Source: a virus
Taxonomy: Duplodnaviria > Heunggongvirae > Uroviricota > Caudoviricetes
Strand: one strand, 5' to 3'
Virus record (IMG/VR): IMGVR_UViG_2877285697_000006
Span: 1-36,292 of that record
Length of the DNA stretch: 36,292 nucleotides
In this document: positions 8,701 to 18,600 of the stretch, in pieces
How positions within the stretch are numbered: the first letter of the stretch is position 1
Layout: each line of letters begins with the position of its first letter
Notes under the pieces: generated by a model
What the model was told of the DNA's origin: nothing
The model's database searches: none
What the model saw: the letters and a program-made list of their open reading frames with translations, nothing else
Program-made: the position numbers and the translations under genes

Positions 8701-9500
8701 ACTTGTTTACGTACTTTCAGGAATGAATCAACGTTAATGTTTTCAATTGGTACGGATAAGCCATATTTTTCATTTGTTAGGTAGTGGAAAATCTGATCCA
8801 CGCCGTTAGTGCTAGCCTCAATAGCATTGGTTTCAAGGTTACGGATTTTAAGGCCGCAAACGTCTACTGCTACCTGGCTATTTGGCTGGAGAATATCAAC
8901 ACCAGCAGCAAGAGATTTGTCATCGCGACGCAACACAATACACATGGTCGCAATGCCGTTACCCTTGAAAGCGTCGGTCCAGTCTGAGCCTAAATGACGT
9001 TTTGCCAGCGACAATGCGGTGTTAGGATTCTTGCCCGTGCGGAACTCGACTTCTAATACTTTACGATATTCTTCTTTAATGTTGCCCTTATCGAGAATAC
9101 CATCACGGATCGTCATGTTCTTACCAACAAGAACATTTTTATTATCAATAAAGAGTGCTTTGTAATGGTCGATTTCACCCTCGGCTACAGAGAAGATTTG
9201 CACTAGCTTATTGTTTTCTTGCTTAGAAACTGCTTTGTAAACACAGTTTGTGCCAGTGCGGGTAGTACCGAAAACGACTGGTATCACCGCTTTCGGATCG
9301 TTTGATGTTCCTAGTGTCACCGCATTATCTGGGCTTTGTACTTTAGGTGTTTTTGGTGCGCCTACAGTGGAAGCGATCAAGGTCATTGCACCAGCAGCCA
9401 TACCGATAGCGACTGCGGTCATAACAGAAAATGTTGCAGCAGCAGCCATCCCAGCAGACGCACCAGCAATAACCGCGCCTACCAATATTTCAAATCCCAT
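5724..9500 (-). CDS. tail tip host-specificity protein, lambda J-like, with lambda I-like hydrophobic N-terminal segment
   Basis: 1258 aa; C-terminus (EDDHKFDRQIVIP...IDMPAGKGAVTLTF...LTVMVTKK) resembles the lambda J receptor-binding end from memory; N-terminus resembles the lambda gpI C-terminal region. Confidence 0.85.
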   Translation of the reverse strand: MGFEILVGAVIAGASAGMAAAATFSVMTAVAIGMAAGAMTLIASTVGAPKTPKVQSPDNAVTLGTSNDPKAVIPVVFGTTRTGTNCVYKAVSKQENNKLVQIFSVAEGEIDHYKALFIDNKNVLVGKNMTIRDGILDKGNIKEEYRKVLEVEFRTGKNPNTALSLAKRHLGSDWTDAFKGNGIATMCIVLRRDDKSLAAGVDILQPNSQVAVDVCGLKIRNLETNAIEASTNGVDQIFHYLTNEKYGLSVPIENINVDSFLKVRKQVRQMDLHSNGACDPNASFKENLTNLMQTFGGVMFESFGRITLKLDAPDIVKHTFNEDNIMMGKVSLKTGGTNGYFNTINAMYQEPSIDYSEQMLRYPADAENDATVRADGRIIAKDVEYRFVKSKDQIDKLASIERNKSRITQVISFMTTDAFTAEVWDVISVTYDELKLNNSLWRITAIDRSIDSGIAGMMTITATEYNSQVYTDLNYAATPDNRPSGLPDSMTVQKPTNFRIKATGETIYGKNVTLTWDAPEDFNRYGFQIDYRVSGSPNWIKLGQTSQQIFSVNALAKDRSYDYRVCAFGIIARSDWVELVNQNPTVTYELPTPVIRIKNQGSTPGTFEGNDLIIEWENQQQLDVMINGETNKFSDLFEAYIIKVTNKAGKSIQYRTRDPESWTYTLDMNQFNGLSRQLTVEVSAKGYNNSESAPARLVAINPQHKPMKGFSARGGFNTAFVSWADDVEHDYAGSIIQYATDNTFSDARAVSTNSVSHTSFDIADGDYYIRGAHYDIFGMDDAVWSEPYFMQMKSTISWDDQDKEALEDLIGLQDRLDETIADAIKQAGANADAKIDAMHKQITTETGKTVQASADTLKSLIASGDKASSTKIDQVKAELKGDITKEVSASATTLKQAIATSEAASASKIDQVRVEMDGKIAGVNQEADVKIDALKGTINSKYNLAVNADGRVAGIHMSATNDPAQPTKIIFTADKIAVAPQNGTDVCPFGIEGNKVYLDNAMIRNASIGSAQITDASITTAKIGNAAINSAKIQDGAITNAKIVNGAIDNAKIGNYIQSSNWNGSTGWHINKNGNATFMNATVKGNITADSGTLNNVTINSSCVIKGMLEATQVKGDFVKVIGRKFPHRDVNVDNGYGGYPQGTVTVRVEDDHKFDRQIVIPAISFGGLRAREGSNNNTYYDTCRLIVRKNGSELYNRAYGGNTGLYSGVIDMPAGKGAVTLTFEVQSSAINNWTPSTWISDLTVMVTKKATTGITVS

Positions 9501-9919
9501 TATTCACCCCCGAATCTATAAACTTGTTCATAGTCAATGTCTGAAACAGGAATGGTCATCCAGATACCATCTTCTTCAACGAGGCCATAACCGGAATAAT
9601 GAGGAACTACGGAATAATAATTACGGTTTCCTAATTTGTGGGCTGTGACCAGTAAGTCGCCGTCCTGTAAATCATCAGTGACTAATTTGAAATGTTTCTT
9701 AATTGGTTGAAGGATATTTGAATACCCGCTTAATTCTTTGCAGATTTTCAAGCCTTCTTCTTTAGTTGAATATTTTTTATAAAGAGAATTATATAGGTCA
9801 GTACCAGCGAGAATATCGATGATCTTACATGCAATGAGATTGCAATCATTCTCACCCTGAACGAACTCCTGACCTATTAAAGAATTGATGTAATCGGTGA
9901 TAAGCCTAGTTTTTAGCAT
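9500..9919 (-). CDS. tail tip protein, gpK-like (possible NlpC/P60-like)
   Basis: Position between L-like and J-like genes; start placed at MLKTRL after SD GGAGGT; track ORF extends to 10075. Confidence 0.4.
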   Translation of the reverse strand: MLKTRLITDYINSLIGQEFVQGENDCNLIACKIIDILAGTDLYNSLYKKYSTKEEGLKICKELSGYSNILQPIKKHFKLVTDDLQDGDLLVTAHKLGNRNYYSVVPHYSGYGLVEEDGIWMTIPVSDIDYEQVYRFGGE

Positions 9920-9965
9920 GTTGAATACCTCCATGCTGTTATTTACTAGGCTTAGGGAGAAGGGA

Positions 9966-10619
9966 TTATTTCTTCGATGAATGCCACTTGCTTTCTGATT
10001 GCCAGCGACCCGCCCTTGAGAAGAATAGATCGTTCTCGTTTCCGGCGTATGATCGGTGGATACCATCGGAGGCATGACTACGAGCGTTTTTATCTAGAAC
10101 TTCCCAGATACTATTAAGCTGAAATTCTGATTCGTTTTTACACTCATCATCTTCATGTTCGATGTTAATCCCGATGGAATCGACTACCCCACGGAAAACA
10201 GGGTAAGTTGTTTCAACCTTGCCCGTGTTGGGGTTAAGGAATACCATTTCGATTTTCACATCTGATTTATCGAATTGCTTATTACGAATGAGAGTAATGT
10301 ATTCCTCGCGAACGTTAGAAACGGTTACGTTAATCCCGTTGTTGTTGATCTCCTTCTCTTCGGTATTCGATGAGATTTGAAGAAAATCGCCCGTTGCGAG
10401 ATATGTAAATCCGTTATAGTCCAAATCGAAATACCCATCTGTAAGCCGTAGAACGTCCCCTGACGCTGTTATCACTTCGATAATGTGAAACATCGATCCA
10501 GTGGAAAAAAGCTGCGGTAGCGTCAATCTAGACACGTTCTGACCTGTCTGGTCGTTGTAGACCTCGATGAAGTCCAGATTAGTGCATAGTTTGCTGAATG
10601 ATTCCTGAATAGTTGCCAT
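9966..10619 (-). CDS. minor tail protein, gpL-like
   Basis: Position after M-like gene; ATG overlaps upstream stop (TAATG); start at MATIQ. Confidence 0.45.
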   Translation of the reverse strand: MATIQESFSKLCTNLDFIEVYNDQTGQNVSRLTLPQLFSTGSMFHIIEVITASGDVLRLTDGYFDLDYNGFTYLATGDFLQISSNTEEKEINNNGINVTVSNVREEYITLIRNKQFDKSDVKIEMVFLNPNTGKVETTYPVFRGVVDSIGINIEHEDDECKNESEFQLNSIWEVLDKNARSHASDGIHRSYAGNENDLFFSRAGRWQSESKWHSSKK

Positions 10620-11179
10620 TATACATTCTCCACTAATTCGAATTTCATCTTGCCAATCTGGGCGATCTTCCAATCGATATTTTCAGTTTTGAGAACAAAT
10701 TCACCTTCTACGTTCTGATACTTGATCACCTCACCAGCCAGGACGTTTTGACGCAAGTTAGGGAAGAGTTTCATTTCACCACCTGATTTCACGTCTTCGG
10801 TGATCGTGTAGATTTTCTTGTGGTTCTCAAACTGGATGATAGTTCCTGCTTTCAGTGTTCCGGTGAAGTTGGAGATTCTCACCTTACGCCCACCGCGAGC
10901 AGTACCAGCAGCAGCCGTTACCATCTGGCGTACATCACCTGTATATTTTGAAAAGTAAGACAGTGGCACACTAAAAGGACGACCAAAAAGGTGACGTGCT
11001 ACAAATTCTTTTACTTCGTTAATATCCTGAGCCATGTAATTCGCTGTAAATTCTGCTTCGTAAAAATGGATGCCAGTAAAGCGACGCTGGAACTTACCGG
11101 AGATAGATTGCGCCTTGAAGAAAGGCTGTTTTGATTTAAGAGTAAAATCTGTGATTTTAATATTCTTGGATTTGAACAT
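10619..11179 (-). CDS. minor tail or distal tail protein, gpM-like
   Basis: Immediately downstream of tape measure gene; ATG start at 11179 preferred over track GTG start at 11215, which lies inside a hairpin. Confidence 0.4.
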   Translation of the reverse strand: MFKSKNIKITDFTLKSKQPFFKAQSISGKFQRRFTGIHFYEAEFTANYMAQDINEVKEFVARHLFGRPFSVPLSYFSKYTGDVRQMVTAAAGTARGGRKVRISNFTGTLKAGTIIQFENHKKIYTITEDVKSGGEMKLFPNLRQNVLAGEVIKYQNVEGEFVLKTENIDWKIAQIGKMKFELVENV

Positions 11180-11185
11180 AGAAAA

Positions 11186-11225
11186 AGCCCCCATAGTTTT
11201 ATGATTATTTATCACTATGGGGGCT
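11186..11225 (-). terminator. long hairpin (11-bp stem AGCCCCCATAG/CTATGGGGGCT) plus U-run between tape measure and next gene
   Basis: Perfect 11-bp stem with 18-nt loop; followed on the minus strand by TTTTT then the start codon. Confidence 0.35.
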
Positions 11226-11230
11226 TTTAA

Positions 11231-13660
11231 TTACATCTTACGGCGCTGTGCGTCTTCTACCGCCTGAGCAACTAACTTAGCGTGACGTTTGATAGCATCC
11301 ATGACCATCTTGTCTGAGCTATTAACGTTGCCGTTAATGTTCAAAGGCGCATTAACTTCAATCGGTTGAGAGTTGCCACCGCCTGATTTTTGAGCAGAAA
11401 GGAAGTCTTTCAAATCACCGTTGGTACGCTGATCAACTACTCGTTCACCCTTATCAAGCAACCACGTACCTTCTTTGGGGATACTGTCAATACCATCATG
11501 TGACATTCCTGTTAAATTTGTTGATTTAATGTTGGCAATATTTCCCATGTTCTGAGAAACAGCCAATGCAGCAGCAGCGATTTTTTGACCTGTGGTTACG
11601 TTGGTCGGATCGTTCCATGCATCGGTAGCAGCCGTCCACATGTTCATCGTCGCTTGTCCGATAGAGAATGCTTTATGAGCATTGAAAGCCATCTGCATAG
11701 CTTTAGTGTTTTCCTGCCCGAAAAGAGTCATTGCAGCAGCAAAACCGCCATACATATCATCGGCTATTGACTGGCGAGCATCAGCATATTTCTTTTCAAT
11801 TGCAGCCATCCGTTTTTGATGGTTTTCATTGAGTTTTTCTAATGCTTCCATCCGTTTAGCCGGATCGGTGATCCCATCAATCTTGAGTTTATCGGTCTTA
11901 TAATCTTGTTCAGCATCCGATTTCTCTTTATCGATTGCATTAAATTTAGCAAACGGATTATTTGAGTCTTGATAATCATAACCACTAGTTAATTGATTGG
12001 TTTTATAACCATCCATTCCCTGTAAAGAATTTTCAATCTGAGAATAGTTTTGCTCGGTATCGTTCACACGACGCATATATTCTTCGTAGGAGATAGCTTT
12101 ACCATCAAGTAACCGTTTATGGCTTTCTAGCTCGTTGTCCCTGATTTGTTGCAATTGTGTTAAAGCATTCAGAGCATCAATCGGATCAGCACCCAACATC
12201 ATTTTATAAACGTTTTCAGTATTCTGATCGATTAGCGCCTGGCGTTTCGCGGCTGCGTCTTCCTGAGAGATTAAGCCCAGAGCTAACGCGTCGTTCACAT
12301 CTTTTAAGCTGTTTTGCAACTGGCTATTTTGAGAAGTGATAGACGCTGCAACTTGCCCTTGCAATTTAACATCAAGTGCATTCAGTCGCTTGATTGCATC
12401 CTCGCGTGCTTTCTGTGCTTTTTCTGCGGCTTCCTTAGCCTTTTTAGCTGCCTCTTCCGCTTTCTTTTTGGCTTCTTCCTCGGCTTTCTTCTCGTTGCCA
12501 GACTTACCCAATGAAGCTGGTCGAGTTGGTGTAGTCGGGATAGTCAAATCACGGTTAGGATCTGCCTTACGGGTTAGATGTTCCCCGTTATCGACAACAA
12601 TCAGAGAGCCATTTTTCTTATAAGAATCACCAAAACGTTTCTTAAATCCTTCAACATCAAAGCCAGCAGTACGAGGATCGACACCAGCACCACGGATCGC
12701 GGCCTTTTCCCAATCTGCCAGATTATTCCAACGCTTTTCTTTATTGTACTTGTCAATAATCTTTTGAGCGTCTTTATGGTTGGCGTTAAGAATACCACCA
12801 GTTGCGGTCTTACCTTCTTTATTCAGACGGTCTAATGCCCTGAATAGAGAACTCTTTTCCCAATCAATATTAAACCATTCGAATAACCAGTTTAAACTAT
12901 CAACCAAAGGACCAGTAATGGTCATACCGACACCTTTCAGGTTATTTTCCAGCTTATTGATATTTTGAGAAAATTTATCATATTTTTTAGCGTTTTCTTC
13001 GGTGACGTTAACAGATTGATTCTGAATAGCGATCATCGCCTCTTGAGCACTATTATATTTCTCAAGCTGGCTGGTCATATGGCTTGAATCACTGGCCAAA
13101 GATTCCATCATGAACTTGATTTCAGCCATTGATTTTCCTGCTTTCTTCAGGTCATAGAACACTTGGATCGCCGCTTTCATACCACCTTGCGGATCAGTCA
13201 TGAAGTGAGCATAGTTTTCTAACTTAAGGCCAACCGATTCTAAATCATCGGCAATACCACCACCGTTAGCCCATGCATCACCCATTTTATCTAAGGTGTC
13301 TTTGTTGATATCACCAAATTTTTCAACTGTTAAGCCAGTACCAGAGAACTCCTTTTCTAATTTTTGAAGGGATTCAATCGAGAGTCCGGTCGCCTTAGAT
13401 ACTTCTGAATACTGTTTAACGTATTCCGCGCCAGCTTTAGCGGCTGCAAAAACTGCGGTCGCAACTAAGCCGATACCACCAGCAGCCAAACCAGCAGAGC
13501 CAGCGATCCCACGAAGAGATCCAGTCAAACCAGACAAACCACCGCCAAAATCGATATTACTTGCCTTTTCAGACAAACTATCTAGAAGGTTAGCGGCTTC
13601 ATTGGTACTTCTCCTTAGACCTTTATTATCCCCTTCTATTGTTACTATATGTTTTGTCAT
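11231..13660 (-). CDS. tail tape measure protein
   Basis: 809 aa, alanine/glycine-rich N-terminus, long coiled-coil and lysine/glutamate-rich repeats, position after G/T chaperones. Confidence 0.85.
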   Translation of the reverse strand: MTKHIVTIEGDNKGLRRSTNEAANLLDSLSEKASNIDFGGGLSGLTGSLRGIAGSAGLAAGGIGLVATAVFAAAKAGAEYVKQYSEVSKATGLSIESLQKLEKEFSGTGLTVEKFGDINKDTLDKMGDAWANGGGIADDLESVGLKLENYAHFMTDPQGGMKAAIQVFYDLKKAGKSMAEIKFMMESLASDSSHMTSQLEKYNSAQEAMIAIQNQSVNVTEENAKKYDKFSQNINKLENNLKGVGMTITGPLVDSLNWLFEWFNIDWEKSSLFRALDRLNKEGKTATGGILNANHKDAQKIIDKYNKEKRWNNLADWEKAAIRGAGVDPRTAGFDVEGFKKRFGDSYKKNGSLIVVDNGEHLTRKADPNRDLTIPTTPTRPASLGKSGNEKKAEEEAKKKAEEAAKKAKEAAEKAQKAREDAIKRLNALDVKLQGQVAASITSQNSQLQNSLKDVNDALALGLISQEDAAAKRQALIDQNTENVYKMMLGADPIDALNALTQLQQIRDNELESHKRLLDGKAISYEEYMRRVNDTEQNYSQIENSLQGMDGYKTNQLTSGYDYQDSNNPFAKFNAIDKEKSDAEQDYKTDKLKIDGITDPAKRMEALEKLNENHQKRMAAIEKKYADARQSIADDMYGGFAAAMTLFGQENTKAMQMAFNAHKAFSIGQATMNMWTAATDAWNDPTNVTTGQKIAAAALAVSQNMGNIANIKSTNLTGMSHDGIDSIPKEGTWLLDKGERVVDQRTNGDLKDFLSAQKSGGGNSQPIEVNAPLNINGNVNSSDKMVMDAIKRHAKLVAQAVEDAQRRKM

Positions 13661-13671
13661 AAATTACCCCT

Positions 13672-14013
13672 TTAACCGCTTCTGAGTTTCTCAAGCAAAG
13701 ATGGATCAAACATGTTCAGCATTGCCGCTTTACGTTCTTCTTCTTTCTTGCGTGCAATTTCTTCCAGTTCTTCTTTAGTTTTAAAGAGTTTTTCTTCTCT
13801 AATTAATTGGAATTGGCTAGGCTTGAGTTTGCGTGCAGTTTCGCGTGTCATTCCTTGCGACGTCATATACATGGAATATTGCAACATCGCATTCTGCATA
13901 TCATGAAACGCGGGGCTTTGTGGTTCTAAGTAGGTGTCGAAAATGTATAATTTCCAAAACAGAGTGATTGGCATATTATCCATTTCATCTTTACTAAGCC
14001 CCGATCTCATCAT
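13672..14013 (-). CDS. tail assembly chaperone T segment (likely made only as G-T fusion by -1 frameshift)
   Basis: No SD before its ATG; frame is -1 relative to G and open from 14058. Confidence 0.5.
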   Translation of the reverse strand: MMRSGLSKDEMDNMPITLFWKLYIFDTYLEPQSPAFHDMQNAMLQYSMYMTSQGMTRETARKLKPSQFQLIREEKLFKTKEELEEIARKKEEERKAAMLNMFDPSLLEKLRSG

Positions 14014-14042
14014 TTGCCGAAAGTAGAAATTCAGAAGCGGGT

Positions 14043-14351
14043 TTACTTTACCTCGTTTTCAATTACTACCGCATCTTGCATCAATGACGCTTGAGCAACC
14101 AAACCGATTAATTCACTGCGGACGTTAGTATACAGTGCCTTAACTTGTTCCATAGATTCAAATACCGGCTTACCGTCTTCATCTTCAATACAACGAAGAA
14201 TAGAACGTTCATCACGGTCATCTTTATCAGTATTGAAAACATGTTCGTTAAATTCTTTTACCGACATAGGGCGAGCATAGAAAGTAAATCCACCGATGGT
14301 CAGAGATTCACGTTTCGGAGAAAGAGCTTTCAGCATTTCATTAATATTCAT
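14043..14351 (-). CDS. tail assembly chaperone, gpG-like
   Basis: 102 aa, directly upstream of T segment and tape measure; conserved G/GT architecture. Confidence 0.55.
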   Translation of the reverse strand: MNINEMLKALSPKRESLTIGGFTFYARPMSVKEFNEHVFNTDKDDRDERSILRCIEDEDGKPVFESMEQVKALYTNVRSELIGLVAQASLMQDAVVIENEVK

Positions 14352-14393
14352 TCTTGTTTCCTCTTAAGTTAATTCGATATGTTTATTTAGAAT

Positions 14394-14900
14394 TTAAGAG
14401 ATTTTCAAAGTCTGCTTAGTGCCAGTCTTCTTAATGTTATTGAGGAAAGCAGCCGGAGGATTGCTTAACCAATAGTAATGAAAACCACTTTGCATACTGT
14501 TATAAGGAACAGTGACAGCCGCACCACCCAAATTAACCGTTATATTCCCCGCTCTGCCGTTCTGGAGATATACAGCCATAGTAGGAGTACCACCATTGAA
14601 TTGACCAACGATAACGCCAATTAGACGGCCTACGCCCACGTTTTCGGAGTTCTCCATTGACCCTTTACCGCGCATGTCAGTTACTGGATAGTTAGAAGCA
14701 GTTACACCCCAGTTATTACCCAATGAAGTAGACCACGCAGCAGTAGCTACAACCGTATCCATACCACGACCAGCCATTGCCGACATATTACGCGGAGCCG
14801 GAACTTTTAAAGCTGTTAATGCTTCTTTCATCCATCGCTTACCCGTCACCGATACAGCAGATGACCCGATCCAGCCAGGAACTTTAACGACATTTGCCAT
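14394..14900 (-). CDS. tail protein (major tail or tail terminator candidate)
   Basis: 168 aa, SD GGAG upstream, immediately upstream of G/T. Confidence 0.4.
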   Translation of the reverse strand: MANVVKVPGWIGSSAVSVTGKRWMKEALTALKVPAPRNMSAMAGRGMDTVVATAAWSTSLGNNWGVTASNYPVTDMRGKGSMENSENVGVGRLIGVIVGQFNGGTPTMAVYLQNGRAGNITVNLGGAAVTVPYNSMQSGFHYYWLSNPPAAFLNNIKKTGTKQTLKIS

Positions 14901-14914
14901 TTTGATTACTCCAA

Positions 14915-14943
14915 TAAAAAAGCCCCACCATTAAGGCAGGGCT
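14915..14943 (-). terminator. rho-independent terminator (AGCCCUGCC-uuaau-GGUGGGGCU + U6), shared with the MCP locus
   Basis: 9-bp stem including GU pairs, followed by TTTTTT on the minus strand; near-identical to 20862-20888. Confidence 0.6.
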
Positions 14944-14948
14944 TAAAA

Positions 14949-15074
14949 TTAATTCTTAGCCTTGCGGCCTCGTTTTGCTGTGGCTTTCGCCGTAACTTCT
15001 TCTACTTCTGGAATCACCACCGCTTCATGTTCTGGTAGTAGTTCCGGTTCTATTAAAGGAAGTTCTTCGTTAGT
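14949..15074 (-). other. 41-codon in-frame open extension after the UGA stop of the upstream gene (possible readthrough extension)
   Basis: Translates TNEELPLIEPELLPEHEAVVIPEVEEVTAKATAKRGRKAKN; no start codon; homologous to the extension after the MCP gene. Confidence 0.4.
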
Positions 15075-15545
15075 TCATCCAGCGGTAAACACTTCCTGTT
15101 TGATCGGCTTTCCATCCACCGCGAAGGTGAACTCTTTGGTTACAACTTCTTCATCGCCACCGTTCATAGCAACTTTAGAAATAAAGCCGTTGAAAGCGGT
15201 GCGAATACCAGTCTGCTTATCCGCTGATACGTAATACTCTACTTTAATCTGGATTCGAGTACCATCTTCGGCAGCTTTGATCAATTTTTCGTGGACACTA
15301 TCCCCGGGGATGTAATTCACCGTAAGAGTCAGATCAGGAACATTCAGTTTACCTACCAGCTTACGGTTGTACTGAGAAGAGAAGGATTTAACTTCTACAG
15401 TACCGCGCTCGATAGCAGTTTCCGGGAATCCGGCGCACTCTTTAATTTCTTCGTAACCGGAGTGATCGAGAGTGGTATTAGTGGTATCCGCGTGATAGAA
15501 CAGACTTACCAGACCACCAGTAAAAATATCATTAAATTGAGACAT
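15075..15545 (-). CDS. major tail (tube) protein candidate
   Basis: 156 aa, strong codon bias, SD AAGGGG; carries the same 3' module as the MCP gene. Confidence 0.45.
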   Translation of the reverse strand: MSQFNDIFTGGLVSLFYHADTTNTTLDHSGYEEIKECAGFPETAIERGTVEVKSFSSQYNRKLVGKLNVPDLTLTVNYIPGDSVHEKLIKAAEDGTRIQIKVEYYVSADKQTGIRTAFNGFISKVAMNGGDEEVVTKEFTFAVDGKPIKQEVFTAG

Positions 15546-15601
15546 AGAATTACCCCTTAATTAAAATTGTTATTACGGGGGAACTAGTCCCCCGACTTTT
15601 A

Positions 15602-18600
15602 TTATTTAGTTGCTTTGAGTTCGGCAATCTCTTTAGTCAATGCTTCAATCTTAGCTTGATATTTGGCGTCCATTTCCTGAATAGCTTTAATAATCAAGGC
15701 ATTAACAGCAGAGTTAGAAATAGTCTTAATTGCTTCCGGTTGTTCTGGATCTTCGGTGGATTGAATACCTACTGCTTCCGGCAATACTTCCTCCAGATCC
15801 TGAGCAATAATACCGACTTCGCGTTTAATCACTGTGTCATCGGAAAGAGATTTAACTTTATCGTATGTGTAGACTTTCAGGGAGTTTACTTTCTCTAATG
15901 CGCCGTCCTGTAATTCTTCCTTGTTAATCTTCAAACGGGAGTCAGAGCGAATGTAAACATCGTTAAAGCTACCGTTGCGATGAGCATTAAAATCACCGTC
16001 CATAGTAAATTCCCAGCGTGCTTGCTGCCCGTTGGCGTTATCACCTCGCATACGGATAATACCAGTACGCCAACCGTGAGTCGAACCGCTACCCGTCCAA
16101 CCAAACTCGAAGGACTGACGATAACCAACATCACCTAAGTTACTATAGCCAGCGATAATAGGGAAATATGCACCAGACTCCTTAATACTATCCATGTTAA
16201 CCAAGAATGGAGCACGGTCACGAGTTACATCAGAGATATCGGCATAACCGAAACCGTTTTTGTTGGCAACAACAACACGACGGTTAAATGTAACACCGCC
16301 TGACGTATGGCGAACAACATTAACATTATTAGCGTAGGTATCAAGAACACCATCACCGTTTTGTTTAAATCCAGTATCACTATCGCCTAAAACAATAGAA
16401 TTTCCACCCAATCCGTTAGCAACACCAACACCAAAACCGCTATTAAACTTAGGAATGGTTGCATCCTGACTAATAGACAGTTGGGGAGCGTTAATTTTAC
16501 CGTTTACGCTAAACTCGATTGCGGTAGTACCGGGACCGCCAGCACGCTGTGTGTAGAAATGCCAGCCGCTTTCATCTGCGCATTCTAATACTTGTTTACG
16601 AGTATCATTACCCCATGCACGAATATTGAAGCTAGATTGTCCGGTATTCTTACCCCATCGCATTTGACCAGCAACTTCAAGATCACCTAAGAAATATGCC
16701 TTTAGTCCACCTGTAGCCATATTACGTTCAGTGCTGAAATGTCGGCCTTTACTGTCTTCGAGATATAGAATGTTATCACGGGCATTATTGCTGTCGCCCC
16801 AATGGTTAAACCGGAAATAGTCTCTAGATTGTCCAGCACCAGCATCAAGTGTTAAATGTTGACCTTTGATGAAAGCGTTTCCAGCGAATCGAGCGGCTTT
16901 GCTTGCACGTTCTAACGTTAATGCGTCTCCGTTACCGTCACCGCCTAATTGAACGTTACCGGAAGTTAAATCATAAATGAATGGACGGTAAGTATTCCAA
17001 CCACCAAATTTATCATTTTCAGCCGTTGACAGAAGATAAACTTTAGCGGAGTCATTACGCCAGAATGCACCATAATTGCCGTAAATCATACGAAATGCGT
17101 TATGGTTGGCAGCAACATATTCGCCGTTAGTATAAACTACTTTAGTAGATCCAGTATTCAGAGAGATTTGACCGCTTTGTTCTAAGCCAATATTGTTAGT
17201 ACCGCTATCGTTATACATCTGCATAGCGTTAGTATCGGCATTTCCATAACCAACCCAACCTTGACGCTTATTTGCACCGTTGCGAGTGTCCCAATATTCC
17301 AGATAGTTACTTTGTCCGGTTGGTCGCTGCATACGAATAGTATTAGATCCGGCATCAAAAACAGCTTTACCAGTATACATAGTGCGTCCAGTGATTCGTA
17401 GAACTTCGCTAGAATCGGTAGTGCCAGTCGCTAAACGATATACGTTACCTTGAACAGTTTCATGCCAGATTGTTTCTGCGGCTTTACTACGGAATTTACG
17501 CAGATATTTTTTACCAGTACCTGAATCGTTATTCAAACTGACAATATCATATGTTCCCTGACCGTTATTATCAAACATCAACGTTCCGGCCTTGTTTTCG
17601 GTGTTGAACATTGTAATAACACGTCCATCAGTAACACCAGTAGACGGCTTAACGAGAGTTATTTCAGGAACGTCATGTACCGTCAGTGTAACATCGTTAG
17701 TTTTACCATATTCGACAATAACGTTATCGGTATAACGACCGTAGTTAACGTAGATATCGTAGTTATCACCGGAAGTATTAACCGCAAATACTTGATGAAT
17801 ATTTTTAGCATTTCGACGATAAGCCGCAATACTAACGCCTTTCGGGTTTCCGTTGCCGCTACGAATGACGATTTCTACAAAGTCAACCTGATCATAGGAG
17901 TTAACGTTATAACCGTTACCACCGAAGATACGAAGCATTACCATTCGACCAGTTTGTGGGATCGTGGCGGTTGCGATTTTGAAATAACCGCGAGTCGCAT
18001 CACCAGCCGGAACAGACATTTTAACGTTTTTAACAAACATCTTGTCAACTTCGGCTTTGGTATATGCGCCAATTTCAGCAGGAGTCGGTTTATCCCCTTC
18101 GTGATACATTTTATAGCTAAACGCTTTTTGTCCTTCTCTATCAAAACCATAGGTTTCAACACGAGATCCACCAGACGCATAACGGAAAGTAAATCCGCGA
18201 CCGTGCGCTTTACCGGAAGAGTGAGGAACGTTAAGAGTTAGATCCATGAGTCCATCTTGACCATTGGTACGGAAAGCACCGAAGTAATTAAGATCTCTCG
18301 CGGTTGAATCTTCCAGATAGTTACCAGTCTTGCTATACAAATACGCGCCGTGATAGGTCTTTGTGTTCTTCTTGATGTAAAGAGCATCGTTAGTACCTTC
18401 AATACCATCAATTCGCTTGTTGGCGGCTGCAATCGCTGCGTCGGCACTGGCCTTGTTATTTGCAACAGTTCGTTCAATGGCTGTCTTATTCGCAGAGACC
18501 GTACTAGTAAGACTGGTGATCTTCGTGTCCGCGTCTTTCTTATTATCGGAAACAGTTTTTTCGATCGCTGTCTTGTTCGCGGAGACAGTACCCGTTAAAC

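Noticed and set aside
9250-9648. 132-aa plus-strand ORF and neighbouring plus-strand ORFs inside the J-like gene
   Set aside because: Antisense within a long, well-supported gene; alanine-rich mirror of the glycine/alanine-rich N-terminus of J.
15576-15594. Palindrome CGGGGG-aactagt-CCCCCG as terminator of the fibre gene
   Set aside because: No U-run on the minus (coding) strand; the T-run is on the plus strand, so at most an antisense or bidirectional barrier.
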